In this document: in pieces, positions 1-8,397 of the stretch
Layout: each line of letters opens with the position of its first letter
How positions within the stretch are numbered: the first letter of the stretch is position 1
Source of the DNA: Campylobacter cuniculorum DSM 23162 = LMG 24588
GTDB lineage: Bacteria > Campylobacterota > Campylobacteria > Campylobacterales > Campylobacteraceae
Assembly (NCBI RefSeq): GCF_002104335.1
Contig: NZ_CP020867.1
Coordinates: 1,059,206-1,091,205, forward strand
DNA: 32,000 bases
Direction: 5' to 3'
Translations under genes and position numbers: made by a program
The notes under the pieces: generated by a model
What the model was told of the DNA's origin: nothing
Database searches by the model: none
Seen by the model: the letters and a program-made list of their open reading frames with translations, nothing else

Positions 1-165
1 CAGCATTCTAAATTGCACAAAACGCGTTAAAAAACTATAATAAAAACCGCAAATTATCAGCAAAATAATCATCATTGTATCGGTATAAGGGATAATATCA
101 TTAGAGATAAAATCTGGAATTTTATGATTGATTAAATTTAAAATCGCATTGTTTGAAGAATCCAT
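1..165 (-). CDS. sodium:alanine (AGCS-family) amino-acid symporter, first 55 codons only (gene runs off the left edge)
   Basis: Reverse strand reads AAGGAG-N6-ATG (ATG at 165..163), then MDSSNNAILNLINHKIPDFISNDIIPYTDTMMIILLIICGFYYSFLTRFVQFRML. A first TM helix followed by ...T-R-F-x-Q-F-R is typical of AGCS symporter N-termini. Absent from the ORF track because it is truncated. Confidence 0.55.
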   Translation of the reverse strand, partial: MDSSNNAILNLINHKIPDFISNDIIPYTDTMMIILLIICGFYYSFLTRFVQFRML

Positions 166-275
166 AAATAGCTCCTTTACACTTTTACACTTATTCTAGT
201 GTATTTTTCTATAAAAAGTCTATTTTTGTCAAATAAAAAATATAAATTTTAAAAAAATGAGAAAATATGAAACAT

Positions 276-743
276 TTAAACTTTAAAATTGCAAAAATTT
301 TGCCTTAAAGCCTCATAGGCAATAATTCCTACACTTGTGGCTAAATTTAAACTTCTTCCATAAGATTTCATCGGTATGGTAATGGCATTGTTAGGATTTA
401 ACTCCATAAGTTCTTTTGGCAGACCAAAACTTTCACTGCCAAAAAACAAAAAATCTCCACTTTGAAATTCTGCTTCAAAATAAGGTCTTTTACTCTTAGT
501 TGTAGCAAAGAAAAAACGATTTTTTTGAATCAAATTTTCTTTCAAAAATTCCTCTAAATTCTCCCAGATTTGAGGTTCTAACTTGCTCCAATAATCAAGA
601 CCCGCTCGACGCACAGCCTTTTGAGAAAGCTCAAAAATCGTAGGTTTTATAATATGAAGTTTAAAACCCGCATTATAACACATTCTGCCTATACTACCGG
701 TATTTTGAGGAATTCGTGGATTGACTAAGATGATGTTAAACAT
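276..743 (-). CDS. trmL: tRNA (cytidine/uridine-2'-O)-methyltransferase, SpoU/TrmL type
   Basis: 155 aa. The N-terminus MFNIILVNPRIPQNTGSIGRMC and the C-terminal knot region LNLATSVGIIAYEALRQ match the TrmL/SpoU family pattern. Confidence 0.85.
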   Translation of the reverse strand: MFNIILVNPRIPQNTGSIGRMCYNAGFKLHIIKPTIFELSQKAVRRAGLDYWSKLEPQIWENLEEFLKENLIQKNRFFFATTKSKRPYFEAEFQSGDFLFFGSESFGLPKELMELNPNNAITIPMKSYGRSLNLATSVGIIAYEALRQNFCNFKV

Positions 744-744
744 T

Positions 745-1737
745 TTAAATCACAATTCTTGGAATATTTGGATGAAGTTTGACTAAAATTTCATAGACTA
801 TAGTATCAAAAAATCGTGCCCAAAGTTCAGCATCATCAAACACGCAAATTTCTTCTCCTAAATCCTCACAAGAAAAACTATCCATAGACATTTTACCGAG
901 TATAGCCTTGCCATTTGCTAATCTTAATTCACCCTTGCCATTAAAACGTAACAAACCATCCGCATAGCCCAAATCATAAGTTGCGATTTTTAAATCATTT
1001 TCAGCCGTATAAGCACCACCATATCCTACACTTTGCGAGTTTTTTAACATCCTTGAACTCAATCTATGGGCATAAAGACTTAAAACTTTTTTTAAATTTT
1101 CATTTGTATAACCAAATTGAGCAAGCCCTACCCTACAAAGCTCATCATCAGGTAATTTCGCAACCCTAAAAAGTGCAGGAGAATTAAAAGAATGAAAGAT
1201 GAATTTTAAATCACTCTGTTTTTGTAATAATTCTTTAGCTCTTTGAAATTTTTTTCTTTGTATAAAAAAACTCGCATCCATTTCATCTGCACGAGCAAAA
1301 TGCGTGAAAGCTCCTTCTAGTTTTAAAGGATGTTTTTTTAATTCTTTTAAAACAAAATCTAAATCTTCCAAGCAAACACCATTGCGATGCATATTTGTAT
1401 CAATTTTAAGATGAATTCTTGTATGTTTTTTAAACCGCGTTATCAAAGAAGAATCATTGAGTGCATAAATAAAACAAGCATTTTCATCACCATGGGGACG
1501 ATGAGAAAGTATGAGTATATTTTCAAAGAAATTTTTTAATTCAAAGGCTTCTTTTTCGCTTTTTACAGCGATGAATTTAACACCACAAGCCTTAGCAATG
1601 GGTGCTAAAATCTTTGCTCCATGTCCATAGGCATTGTCTTTAAAAACACAGATGAGTTTTTCAAAACCACCGGCTTTGATGGCGATTTGATTGAGATTGA
1701 ATTCATAAGATTTTTTATCGAGTTTAATTAAAGACAT
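745..1737 (-). CDS. alr: alanine racemase
   Basis: 330 aa. PLP-lysine motif VFKDNAYGHG near the N-terminus and C-terminal SMD motif region (GKMSMDSF). Tightly packed between trmL and pgp2. Confidence 0.9.
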   Translation of the reverse strand: MSLIKLDKKSYEFNLNQIAIKAGGFEKLICVFKDNAYGHGAKILAPIAKACGVKFIAVKSEKEAFELKNFFENILILSHRPHGDENACFIYALNDSSLITRFKKHTRIHLKIDTNMHRNGVCLEDLDFVLKELKKHPLKLEGAFTHFARADEMDASFFIQRKKFQRAKELLQKQSDLKFIFHSFNSPALFRVAKLPDDELCRVGLAQFGYTNENLKKVLSLYAHRLSSRMLKNSQSVGYGGAYTAENDLKIATYDLGYADGLLRFNGKGELRLANGKAILGKMSMDSFSCEDLGEEICVFDDAELWARFFDTIVYEILVKLHPNIPRIVI

Positions 1738-2720
1738 TATTGTTCTGCAATAATCTTCATCTTGCCCCTATTATCAAGTTTAACATATAGAATTTTATTG
1801 CCCTTGAATTGATAATTTTTAGTATAATAATCCTCATAAAAAGAAATTCTATACATTCTTTCATCGTCTAGATTTGGATAGGGGCTGATAATAATATTTG
1901 AAAATTTAATACTCTTTTGCTCTTTTCTTGAGAAAATTGTCTTTTTCATTGAAGCAAATTGACTAAAATCACTTTTATCAAAGCGTCTGAATCCTTTTTC
2001 ATCATAAAAACTTAAATAAGCATTCACATCACTTATAGTCCAAGCCTGTTTCCAAGCAAACAAATCCGCAAACAAAGAAGCCACTTCATCTTTTTTTGCC
2101 AAAACTTCGTTTTTTTCTTCAGTCAAAACATAAACTTTTTTACCTTCTACAACTTTAGCAAAAAGCTCTAATTTATCATTGAGTAAAGCGATACAACCTC
2201 TGGTTTTAAACTCATCAAGTCTTGTTCCATCAAGCGGATAGCCGTGTATCCAAATTCCTCCGCCGGTTTTTCCTTGAACTTTATCAAGCAAATTAGGATA
2301 ACTTGTCGCAAAAGCAAAGGGTCCATAATACTGGTCTGCCTTAAATTTAGTCCCAAGCTCATAAAAACCTATCGGAGTTTTTAAATCCCCTTCTTTTTCT
2401 TTATTGCCCATTAAACCTGTAATCACATCTTTTTGCTCGAATTCTTTTTTTATAACTCCATCATTGTAAGAATAAATTCTAAGAATTTTGCTCGTTTTAT
2501 TCGTTACAACGATATAACTTTCTTGGTCATAATATCCAAGAGAGACATTTTGCTCACCAAGTTCTTTAAGCCAAAAATCCTTGCTCGTAAGCTCCTTTTC
2601 TATAGCAACACCTACCGCATTCAAACCATCATTAAGATAAATTTTAACCAAATCAACGGCATTAACACTTGAAACAAAAATCAAAACAACAGCAATGATT
2701 TTAAGCGTAAATTTAAACAA
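1737..2720 (-). CDS. pgp2: periplasmic L,D-transpeptidase-fold enzyme (YkuD domain), homolog of the C. jejuni peptidoglycan LD-carboxypeptidase Pgp2
   Basis: 327 aa. Signal peptide MFKFTLKIIAVVLIFVSSVNA. YkuD catalytic signature GGIWIHGYP...TRGCIAL. Same position (downstream of alr) as Cj0906c in C. jejuni. Confidence 0.75.
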   Translation of the reverse strand: MFKFTLKIIAVVLIFVSSVNAVDLVKIYLNDGLNAVGVAIEKELTSKDFWLKELGEQNVSLGYYDQESYIVVTNKTSKILRIYSYNDGVIKKEFEQKDVITGLMGNKEKEGDLKTPIGFYELGTKFKADQYYGPFAFATSYPNLLDKVQGKTGGGIWIHGYPLDGTRLDEFKTRGCIALLNDKLELFAKVVEGKKVYVLTEEKNEVLAKKDEVASLFADLFAWKQAWTISDVNAYLSFYDEKGFRRFDKSDFSQFASMKKTIFSRKEQKSIKFSNIIISPYPNLDDERMYRISFYEDYYTKNYQFKGNKILYVKLDNRGKMKIIAEQ

Positions 2721-3013
2721 GACTTATCCTTTATTAACATTCTATTTTATCTTTAAGATACAACATTTTCATCACAATATTTCATTTATTAATTTTGTAA
2801 TTATAGAATTTTTTCCTTAAAAAATAGCAATTAAAATGAAAATTTTAAACACTTTTAATAAAATCTTAAAATTCAAAGCTTATCTTTTTCTAATAATTTT
2901 CTAAGAATATATTTTATGATAAAAAATATCATTTTTTATATGAATTTTAGAAACATTTTGTTATGATTTACATAGTAAAACTATTAGATTAAATTTTTAA
3001 AGGAGAATGAAAA

Positions 3014-3439
3014 ATGAAAAAAACATTGATTTTATTGTTACTAAGCATGAGTTTATGGGGCATGGATAAAGTGAGTATAGAAAATGCCTATATCAAACAA
3101 ACTCCACCCCATGCAAAGGCAACTGCGATTTTTTTAACCATTAAAAATGACAGCGACAAAGATCTTTCCTTGCTCAAGGCTCAAACTAATTTAAGCAAAG
3201 AAACAGAGCTTCACACGCATAAAAATGAAAACGGCAAAATGGTTATGAAAGAAGTGCCAAGTATCCCTATAAAAGCTCATTCAAGCACAGAACTTAAACC
3301 GGGAGGTTTGCATATTATGGTTTTTGATATTAAAAATCAAATTGATGAAAATACTCGAGCCGATTTAACCCTATATTTTGATAACAATCAAAGCATTGAA
3401 CTTAAGAATATCCCAAGTAAAGCGATTGTAAAACATTGA
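3014..3439 (+). CDS. periplasmic copper chaperone PCu(A)C (DUF461 family)
   Basis: 141 aa with a signal peptide. His/Met-rich copper-ligand pattern (ELHTHKNENGKMVMKEV ... GGLHIMVFD). First gene of a three-gene set joined by overlapping stop/start codons and ending in SCO1. Confidence 0.8.
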   Translation: MKKTLILLLLSMSLWGMDKVSIENAYIKQTPPHAKATAIFLTIKNDSDKDLSLLKAQTNLSKETELHTHKNENGKMVMKEVPSIPIKAHSSTELKPGGLHIMVFDIKNQIDENTRADLTLYFDNNQSIELKNIPSKAIVKH

Positions 3440-3861
3440 TAAAAAAAGTTTTTTTTACCCTAAATTTTGTTTGTATTATGATATTTTTTAGCTCTTGCAA
3501 AGACGAAAAAAAATCCTTCGATGAACCCTTAAGTTGCGATTTAAATATCAAGGATTGCACCTACAAATTCAAAGATAAAACAATTCTCATATCTTTAAAT
3601 CCAAAACCCCTACAAGCCTTAGATATTACGCATCTAAAAGTAGAAAATTTAGGTGATTATGACAATTTAAAGCTTAAAATCTATGGTTTGAATATGTTTT
3701 TAGGCGAAATTAAACCTAAACTTATCAAGCTTGGAAATGGAAATTATGAAAGTAAAATTGTTTTAAGCTCTTGCACTCTTGATGCGATGCGTTTTAGGGC
3801 TGAATTTACACAAAATGACAAACCCATAGGATTTTATTTTGATTTTGAGTTAAGAAGATGA
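3436..3861 (+). CDS. small lipoprotein of unknown function inside the PCuAC-SCO1 operon
   Basis: 141 aa. TTG start overlaps the upstream stop (TTGA). Signal MIKKVFFTLNFVCIMIFFSSC, with FSSC as a lipobox-like motif. Its stop overlaps the next start (ATGA). Confidence 0.65.
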   Translation: MIKKVFFTLNFVCIMIFFSSCKDEKKSFDEPLSCDLNIKDCTYKFKDKTILISLNPKPLQALDITHLKVENLGDYDNLKLKIYGLNMFLGEIKPKLIKLGNGNYESKIVLSSCTLDAMRFRAEFTQNDKPIGFYFDFELRR

Positions 3862-4412
3862 AAAGAAATTTTATTTTTGCGATTTTAGTGCTTGTTTTAA
3901 TCCTTACGAGCTTTTATTTTATTCCCAAAAACAATCCCTATGACTTTTCTTTAAGGTCTGAATTTGGTGAGCAAACAACATTAAAAAATTTTAGGGGCAA
4001 AAAACTCATTGTATATTTTGGCTATACTTTTTGTCCTGATGTTTGCCCAGCGACCCTTGCCCTACTTTCACAAACGCTTAATAAAATCAAAAATGACAAA
4101 GCCTATTTACTCTTTATTTCACTTGATCCGCAAAGAGATAAAGACATAGAAAAAACTAATGAATGGCTAAGATATTTTTATCCTCATGCTACAAGTTTGA
4201 TTGCAAAAAATGAAAAAGAGCTTGAAAAACTCGCTAAAAATTATGGTGTGATTTATGAAAAAATTGATTTAAAAGATTCTGTTATGCAATATTCTATCGC
4301 ACACAGCAATGAAATTTACCTTATCGATGAGCAAGGTAAATTTCAAAAAGCATTAAAAGATTTAAATCCCGAAGAATTATTTAAAGATTTAAAGACTTTT
4401 TTGCAAGATTAA
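3858..4412 (+). CDS. SCO1/SenC family copper-binding thiol:disulfide protein (cytochrome oxidase assembly)
   Basis: 184 aa. N-terminal TM anchor, thioredoxin-fold CxxxC motif FGYTFCPDVCP, and downstream His (SIAHS). Confidence 0.85.
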   Translation: MKRNFIFAILVLVLILTSFYFIPKNNPYDFSLRSEFGEQTTLKNFRGKKLIVYFGYTFCPDVCPATLALLSQTLNKIKNDKAYLLFISLDPQRDKDIEKTNEWLRYFYPHATSLIAKNEKELEKLAKNYGVIYEKIDLKDSVMQYSIAHSNEIYLIDEQGKFQKALKDLNPEELFKDLKTFLQD

Positions 4413-5311
4413 AAAGCAAAAAGATCAGTTGAGAGATACCTTTCAGCTGTATCATTGAGCATAGTGAGTATTCTTTTTTCGGGAAATTTTTGTGCTAAAA
4501 GTTTCGCTGCATAAACATTTGCTCCGCTTGAAATTCCCACCATTAACCCACTCTTTGCAAGTTCTCTTGCTGTAAGGATGGCATCTTCATTGCTTACGAC
4601 CATTATCTCATCAATCACTTCTTTGTTTAAAATTTCTGGGATGAAATTTGCTCCTATGCCTTGAATTTTATGAGGTCCAGCTTTACCCTCACTAAGAAGC
4701 GGAGAATCAAGCGGTTCAACGGCTATAATTTGAATGTTTTGCAGTTTTTCTTTTAAAATTTCACCCACTCCACTGATGGTCCCACCTGTTCCAAAACCCG
4801 CAACAAAAATATCAAGTTGAGAGTCTAAGTCATTGAGAATTTCCATAGCTGTGGTTCTTCTATGGGCATTTTTATTGGCTAAATTTGTAAATTGAGAAGG
4901 TATGAAAGAATTGGCATGAGTTTTTAAAAGCTCATTAGCTTTATCAACCGCACCTTTCATTCCTAAACTCGCAGGAGTAAGCTCGAGTTTTGCTCCAAAA
5001 AGCTCCATCATTCTTCTTCTTTCTAAGCTCATAGATTCGGGCATAGCAATCACGAGTTTAAGCCCTAAATCCGCACAAATCATCGCTAAAGAAATTCCTG
5101 TATTTCCGCTTGTTGCTTCGATAATCAAAGTATCTTTGTTAATCTTACCTTCGTCCAAAGCAGTTTTGAGCATCTCAAAAGCCGCTCTGTCTTTGATAGA
5201 ATGACTTGGATTGAAAAATTCACATTTTCCAAAAATATTTTTGCCAAATTTTTCTAAACTGATTATAGGAGTATTGCCTATAAGCTCACTCACTTTGTGA
5301 TAAATTCTCAT
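4409..5311 (-). CDS. cysM: cysteine synthase (O-acetylserine sulfhydrylase), PLP-dependent
   Basis: 300 aa. PLP-Lys region NPSHSIKDRAA, then SGNTGISLA and GTGGTISG loops. Annotated cysM at this position in C. jejuni; the cysK versus cysM distinction cannot be made by eye. Confidence 0.9.
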   Translation of the reverse strand: MRIYHKVSELIGNTPIISLEKFGKNIFGKCEFFNPSHSIKDRAAFEMLKTALDEGKINKDTLIIEATSGNTGISLAMICADLGLKLVIAMPESMSLERRRMMELFGAKLELTPASLGMKGAVDKANELLKTHANSFIPSQFTNLANKNAHRRTTAMEILNDLDSQLDIFVAGFGTGGTISGVGEILKEKLQNIQIIAVEPLDSPLLSEGKAGPHKIQGIGANFIPEILNKEVIDEIMVVSNEDAILTARELAKSGLMVGISSGANVYAAKLLAQKFPEKRILTMLNDTAERYLSTDLFAF

Positions 5312-5391
5312 GATTAACCTTTTTTTGTTTATTATAATAAAGAAAAAAAGTAAATAAGGAGTAAAAAAAGAATGATTAAAATTGAAAGCGA

Positions 5392-5412
5392 TAGGCTAGA
5401 AAATCTAGCCTA
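5392..5412 (-). terminator. candidate intrinsic terminator of hupB
   Basis: Perfect 9-bp inverted repeat TAGGCTAGA-AAA-TCTAGCCTA, 5 nt downstream of the hupB stop, followed on the minus strand by a T-containing tract. Confidence 0.55.
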
Positions 5413-5416
5413 ATTG

Positions 5417-5707
5417 TTATTTTTTCTTTTTAGCTTTAGCAACTGCTTCTTTAAGATTTTTACCAACTTTGAATTTAGCAACTTTGGTAGCAGGAACCTT
5501 GATAATTTTACCTGTACTTGGCACTCTCGCTTCTCTTGCTTTTCTTTCTGCTATTGAAAAAGTTCCAAAACCTATGAAACTCACACTATCCCCTTTAGCT
5601 AATGCGTTAGCGATTGTAGAAATAACCGCATCAGTAGCTGTTGCAGCGTCTTTTTTTGTTATCCCAGCACTTTGAGCCACTTGGGAAATGAAATCTGCTC
5701 TAGTCAT
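5417..5707 (-). CDS. hupB: HU-type histone-like DNA-binding protein
   Basis: 96 aa. MTRADFISQVAQ...GFGTFSIAERKAREARVPSTGKIIKVPA is the canonical HU/IHF arm. AAGGAG RBS 5 nt upstream. Confidence 0.92.
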   Translation of the reverse strand: MTRADFISQVAQSAGITKKDAATATDAVISTIANALAKGDSVSFIGFGTFSIAERKAREARVPSTGKIIKVPATKVAKFKVGKNLKEAVAKAKKKK

Positions 5708-5738
5708 AAAAACTCCTTCTAAAATTTAAGAATGTGGA

Positions 5739-5744
5739 ATTATA
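5739..5744 (-). promoter_or_regulatory. candidate hupB sigma-70 promoter -10 box (extended TGnTATAAT)
   Basis: Minus strand reads TGCTATAAT about 32 nt upstream of the hupB ATG. A 15-nt A tract (minus strand) lies 36-50 nt further upstream, in UP-element position. Confidence 0.45.
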
Positions 5745-5779
5745 GCACATTTTAATTAAAAAACAAGTTTAAATTATCG

Positions 5780-5794
5780 TTTTTTTTTTTTTTT
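5780..5794. repeat. homopolymer T15 (A15 on the hupB coding strand) in the ciaB-hupB intergenic region
   Basis: Counted directly: t at 5780 through t at 5794. Confidence 0.95.
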
Positions 5795-5859
5795 GTATTT
5801 TTTTGCATTCATTTTAACCCATAACGCTTTATTTACCTTACTTAAGATATATGTAAAAT

Positions 5860-7695
5860 TCAGCTTTGCATCTTATATTTTTCAAATTCTCCACTTGTGT
5901 CTGTGTCATTTCCAATTTTTTCATACAACTCATAATAAAATTTGACAAAATCGCGACATTCTTCTGATTGAGGCAAAAAAACTCCCTCTTCTAAAACACA
6001 AAAACGATTTAAAAATTCTCTTGCATCAAGTCTTAACACATAATGTTTCGCTAAATCATGATAATTTTTTAAGCATAATTCTTTAAATTTTTCATAAAAA
6101 TCCAAAGTAAAATTAACTTTAAATTCATTGTTTTTAAATTCCAAAGTTCCGCTTTCAAATAGCAAACTAAGATGTATCAAAGCTTCTGTATAATAAGGCT
6201 TAAGCTCATCAACCCTTTGCCACGCTATCAATCCCACAGCCCTTTTAATAAGCTCATTAAACACGGGCATTTTAAGTTCTTCTTGCTCATGATAAAAGAA
6301 ATTAACAAGTCCTCCTGCTGTGGCTTTGTATTCTTCAATATTTTTAAAAAATCCACTTTGATTCATTTGTTTTTCAGTCTCTTCAGCAATAAAAAAAATA
6401 TGCCCAAATTCGTGTCCTATAGTTGAAATTTCATAAACTCTTTTCCAAATTTCTTCTTCAAAAAATAAAATTTCTCTTGAAAAATCTAAAAATTTTTTAT
6501 CAAAAATTTCACTCGAAATTCTCATAAAGGGTTTGCTTTTCGTATTTTCATACACAAAATTTAAAAAAGCAAAAATTTTCTTACCCGCTTTTTTACTTAC
6601 AAATTCATCATTTGGCACGACTTGAGCAGAAAACAAACCCTTAAGTTCAGCCCCATAAAATACCATAGGAGAACAAATATAAAGCTGTGTTTTAGCTATA
6701 TTATGATACACCTCATTTTTTAAATTCTCATCAATAATGCCGATATTTTCATAAACTCTGGTAAAGCTTTCCTTAATTTCTTTGCTAAAATTTAAAGCAT
6801 CAAAAGTGCTTTCATCTTCTAAACGCAAATCCCATTCTAAAGCCACAGCATGAGTGTAATTATCCTCATAATACTCCAAAGGATGTCCCACTTGCAAAGG
6901 TGATTTGACTTTTAACCAAGCAAATTCAGCCTCTTGCCAAGCACTGATAATCTTTTCATCTTCTTTTTCACAAAATGCTTCTTTAAGCTTGTTAAAATAT
7001 TCTATATAAGCAAATTCTTCTTCATTTTGTGCAAAATTTTTAAGTTCAGTGAGCATAGTATCAAAGGCAAATTCAAGTTTTAGAATTTCATTTTCAAAAA
7101 ATCTTGCATAAGGAACAAATTTCCAAAGATTGCCGATTTTAACCAAAACGCCATAACTTCTTTCGCAAATTTGTCCTTGAGGGTTGAGCTGATAAAGCTT
7201 ATTTTGACGCAAAAATTTCAAAGCATCATCTAAATTTGGAAAGAGCTGTGCTAAAATTTTATTATTTTTTTCTAAAATTTCTTTGGTCCAAACCACTTCA
7301 AAAGCATTCATAACAAGCCCTATACGATGCACTCCTTCGATTAAAGCTTGATAAAAATCATTTAAAAGCTTTTTTTGTTTAATTTCAAGGATAAGATTTT
7401 GGTGTTCTTCTTCATAAAATTTCCTAACCTCATCATATAAAAGATGTTTGATTTCTGTAATCTTTTCATCTTTAAAATGATGCTTTTGAAATTCTTTAAC
7501 AAAATTTTCCTCTTTTAAATCAACAAGTCTCCTAAGAGCCGCTAAAATAACACTTGGCTCTTTTTCTAAACCACTAAGTTTGATTAAATTTTCTATGCTT
7601 TGATGACTTTCATTGCTGTCTAAAATTTCATAGAGAGCATTGATTTTTGCTTTGCGATGTTTTACAAGTTGAGATAATTCTTTAAAATGATTCAT
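5860..7695 (-). CDS. ciaB: Campylobacter invasion antigen B family protein
   Basis: 611 aa. Same length class and same position (between hupB and the thioesterase/cstA genes) as C. jejuni CiaB (Cj0914c). Contains an HEFGH motif. Confidence 0.85.
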   Translation of the reverse strand: MNHFKELSQLVKHRKAKINALYEILDSNESHQSIENLIKLSGLEKEPSVILAALRRLVDLKEENFVKEFQKHHFKDEKITEIKHLLYDEVRKFYEEEHQNLILEIKQKKLLNDFYQALIEGVHRIGLVMNAFEVVWTKEILEKNNKILAQLFPNLDDALKFLRQNKLYQLNPQGQICERSYGVLVKIGNLWKFVPYARFFENEILKLEFAFDTMLTELKNFAQNEEEFAYIEYFNKLKEAFCEKEDEKIISAWQEAEFAWLKVKSPLQVGHPLEYYEDNYTHAVALEWDLRLEDESTFDALNFSKEIKESFTRVYENIGIIDENLKNEVYHNIAKTQLYICSPMVFYGAELKGLFSAQVVPNDEFVSKKAGKKIFAFLNFVYENTKSKPFMRISSEIFDKKFLDFSREILFFEEEIWKRVYEISTIGHEFGHIFFIAEETEKQMNQSGFFKNIEEYKATAGGLVNFFYHEQEELKMPVFNELIKRAVGLIAWQRVDELKPYYTEALIHLSLLFESGTLEFKNNEFKVNFTLDFYEKFKELCLKNYHDLAKHYVLRLDAREFLNRFCVLEEGVFLPQSEECRDFVKFYYELYEKIGNDTDTSGEFEKYKMQS

Positions 7696-7754
7696 ATTTT
7701 TCCCCTTTTTTAACTTTTTTAATTATAATTAATTTTTTAAAATAAGGAGTAAAA

Positions 7755-8168
7755 ATGAGAGATATGGGAGAACCTAAATTAAAAATTGTTGCAATGCCAA
7801 ATGATACAAATCCAGCTGGAAATATCTTTGGAGGTTGGATTTTATCTCAAATTGACCTTGCGGGAGCCATTGCCGCGAGGGAGCTTTCGCCTGAAAGAGT
7901 TGTAACAATTTCTATGGATAAAGTTGTGTTTAAAGAGCCTGTTTTTGTCGGTGATATAGTATCTTGTTATGCAAAAATTATCAAAGCAGGAAATACTTCA
8001 ATCGCCGTTGAAGTTGAAGTGAGTGCTCAAAGAGTTGATGAGCTAGGTTGCACCTCTTGCATTAATGTAACTTCAGCCATAGTCACTTATGTCAGTGTGG
8101 ATAAAAGAGGCAGAAAAAAACCTATCAGCAATGAATTAAAAAGAATTCACGGCTTTTTAGAGTCTTAA
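7755..8168 (+). CDS. acyl-CoA thioester hydrolase, YciA-type hotdog fold
   Basis: 137 aa. The N-terminal MPNDTNPAGNIFGGWILSQIDLAG is the YciA/4HBT signature. AAGGAG RBS. Confidence 0.85.
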   Translation: MRDMGEPKLKIVAMPNDTNPAGNIFGGWILSQIDLAGAIAARELSPERVVTISMDKVVFKEPVFVGDIVSCYAKIIKAGNTSIAVEVEVSAQRVDELGCTSCINVTSAIVTYVSVDKRGRKKPISNELKRIHGFLES

Positions 8169-8187
8169 AGCAAAAAAGCTTTAAGAC
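8162..8187. terminator. candidate bidirectional terminator hairpin between convergent genes
   Basis: Perfect 10-bp inverted repeat GTCTTAAAGC-AAAAAA-GCTTTAAGAC. It spans the thioesterase stop codon and abuts the stop of the minus-strand ybdD-like gene. Confidence 0.55.
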
Positions 8188-8397
8188 CTAGCAACAGCGG
8201 TTTAAACCTCCGCTATTATATTTTCTTTCTAAATAATCCTTAAAAAATTCCTCTCTGCTCTTAGGAGTTTTTTCGGGATGTTTTTCTTTCATATGTTCTA
8301 AATATTTATCATAACTCGCAACGCCCACTAAGGGGTGAAAAAACCTTTCGGCTTTTTCATAATAAAAATAAATTTTTCTAAGCATTAAGTTTGACAT
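8188..8397 (-). CDS. YbdD/YjiX (DUF466) small protein, usual partner of CstA
   Basis: 69 aa. YDKYLEHMKEKHPEKTPKSREEFF and the terminal RCC are the family hallmarks. Overlaps the cstA 3' end by 20 nt. Confidence 0.85.
   Translation of the reverse strand: MSNLMLRKIYFYYEKAERFFHPLVGVASYDKYLEHMKEKHPEKTPKSREEFFKDYLERKYNSGGLNRCC

Noticed and set aside
981-2672. ORF-track entries 981..1169(+), 2168..2362(-) and 2433..2672(+)
   Set aside because: They lie entirely inside, and antisense to or out of frame with, the well-supported alr and pgp2 genes. Their composition is low-complexity (typical shadow ORFs in AT-rich DNA), with no RBS and no family resemblance.
5469-6426. ORF-track entries 5469..5675(+) and 6172..6426(+)
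   Set aside because: Antisense shadow ORFs within hupB and ciaB.
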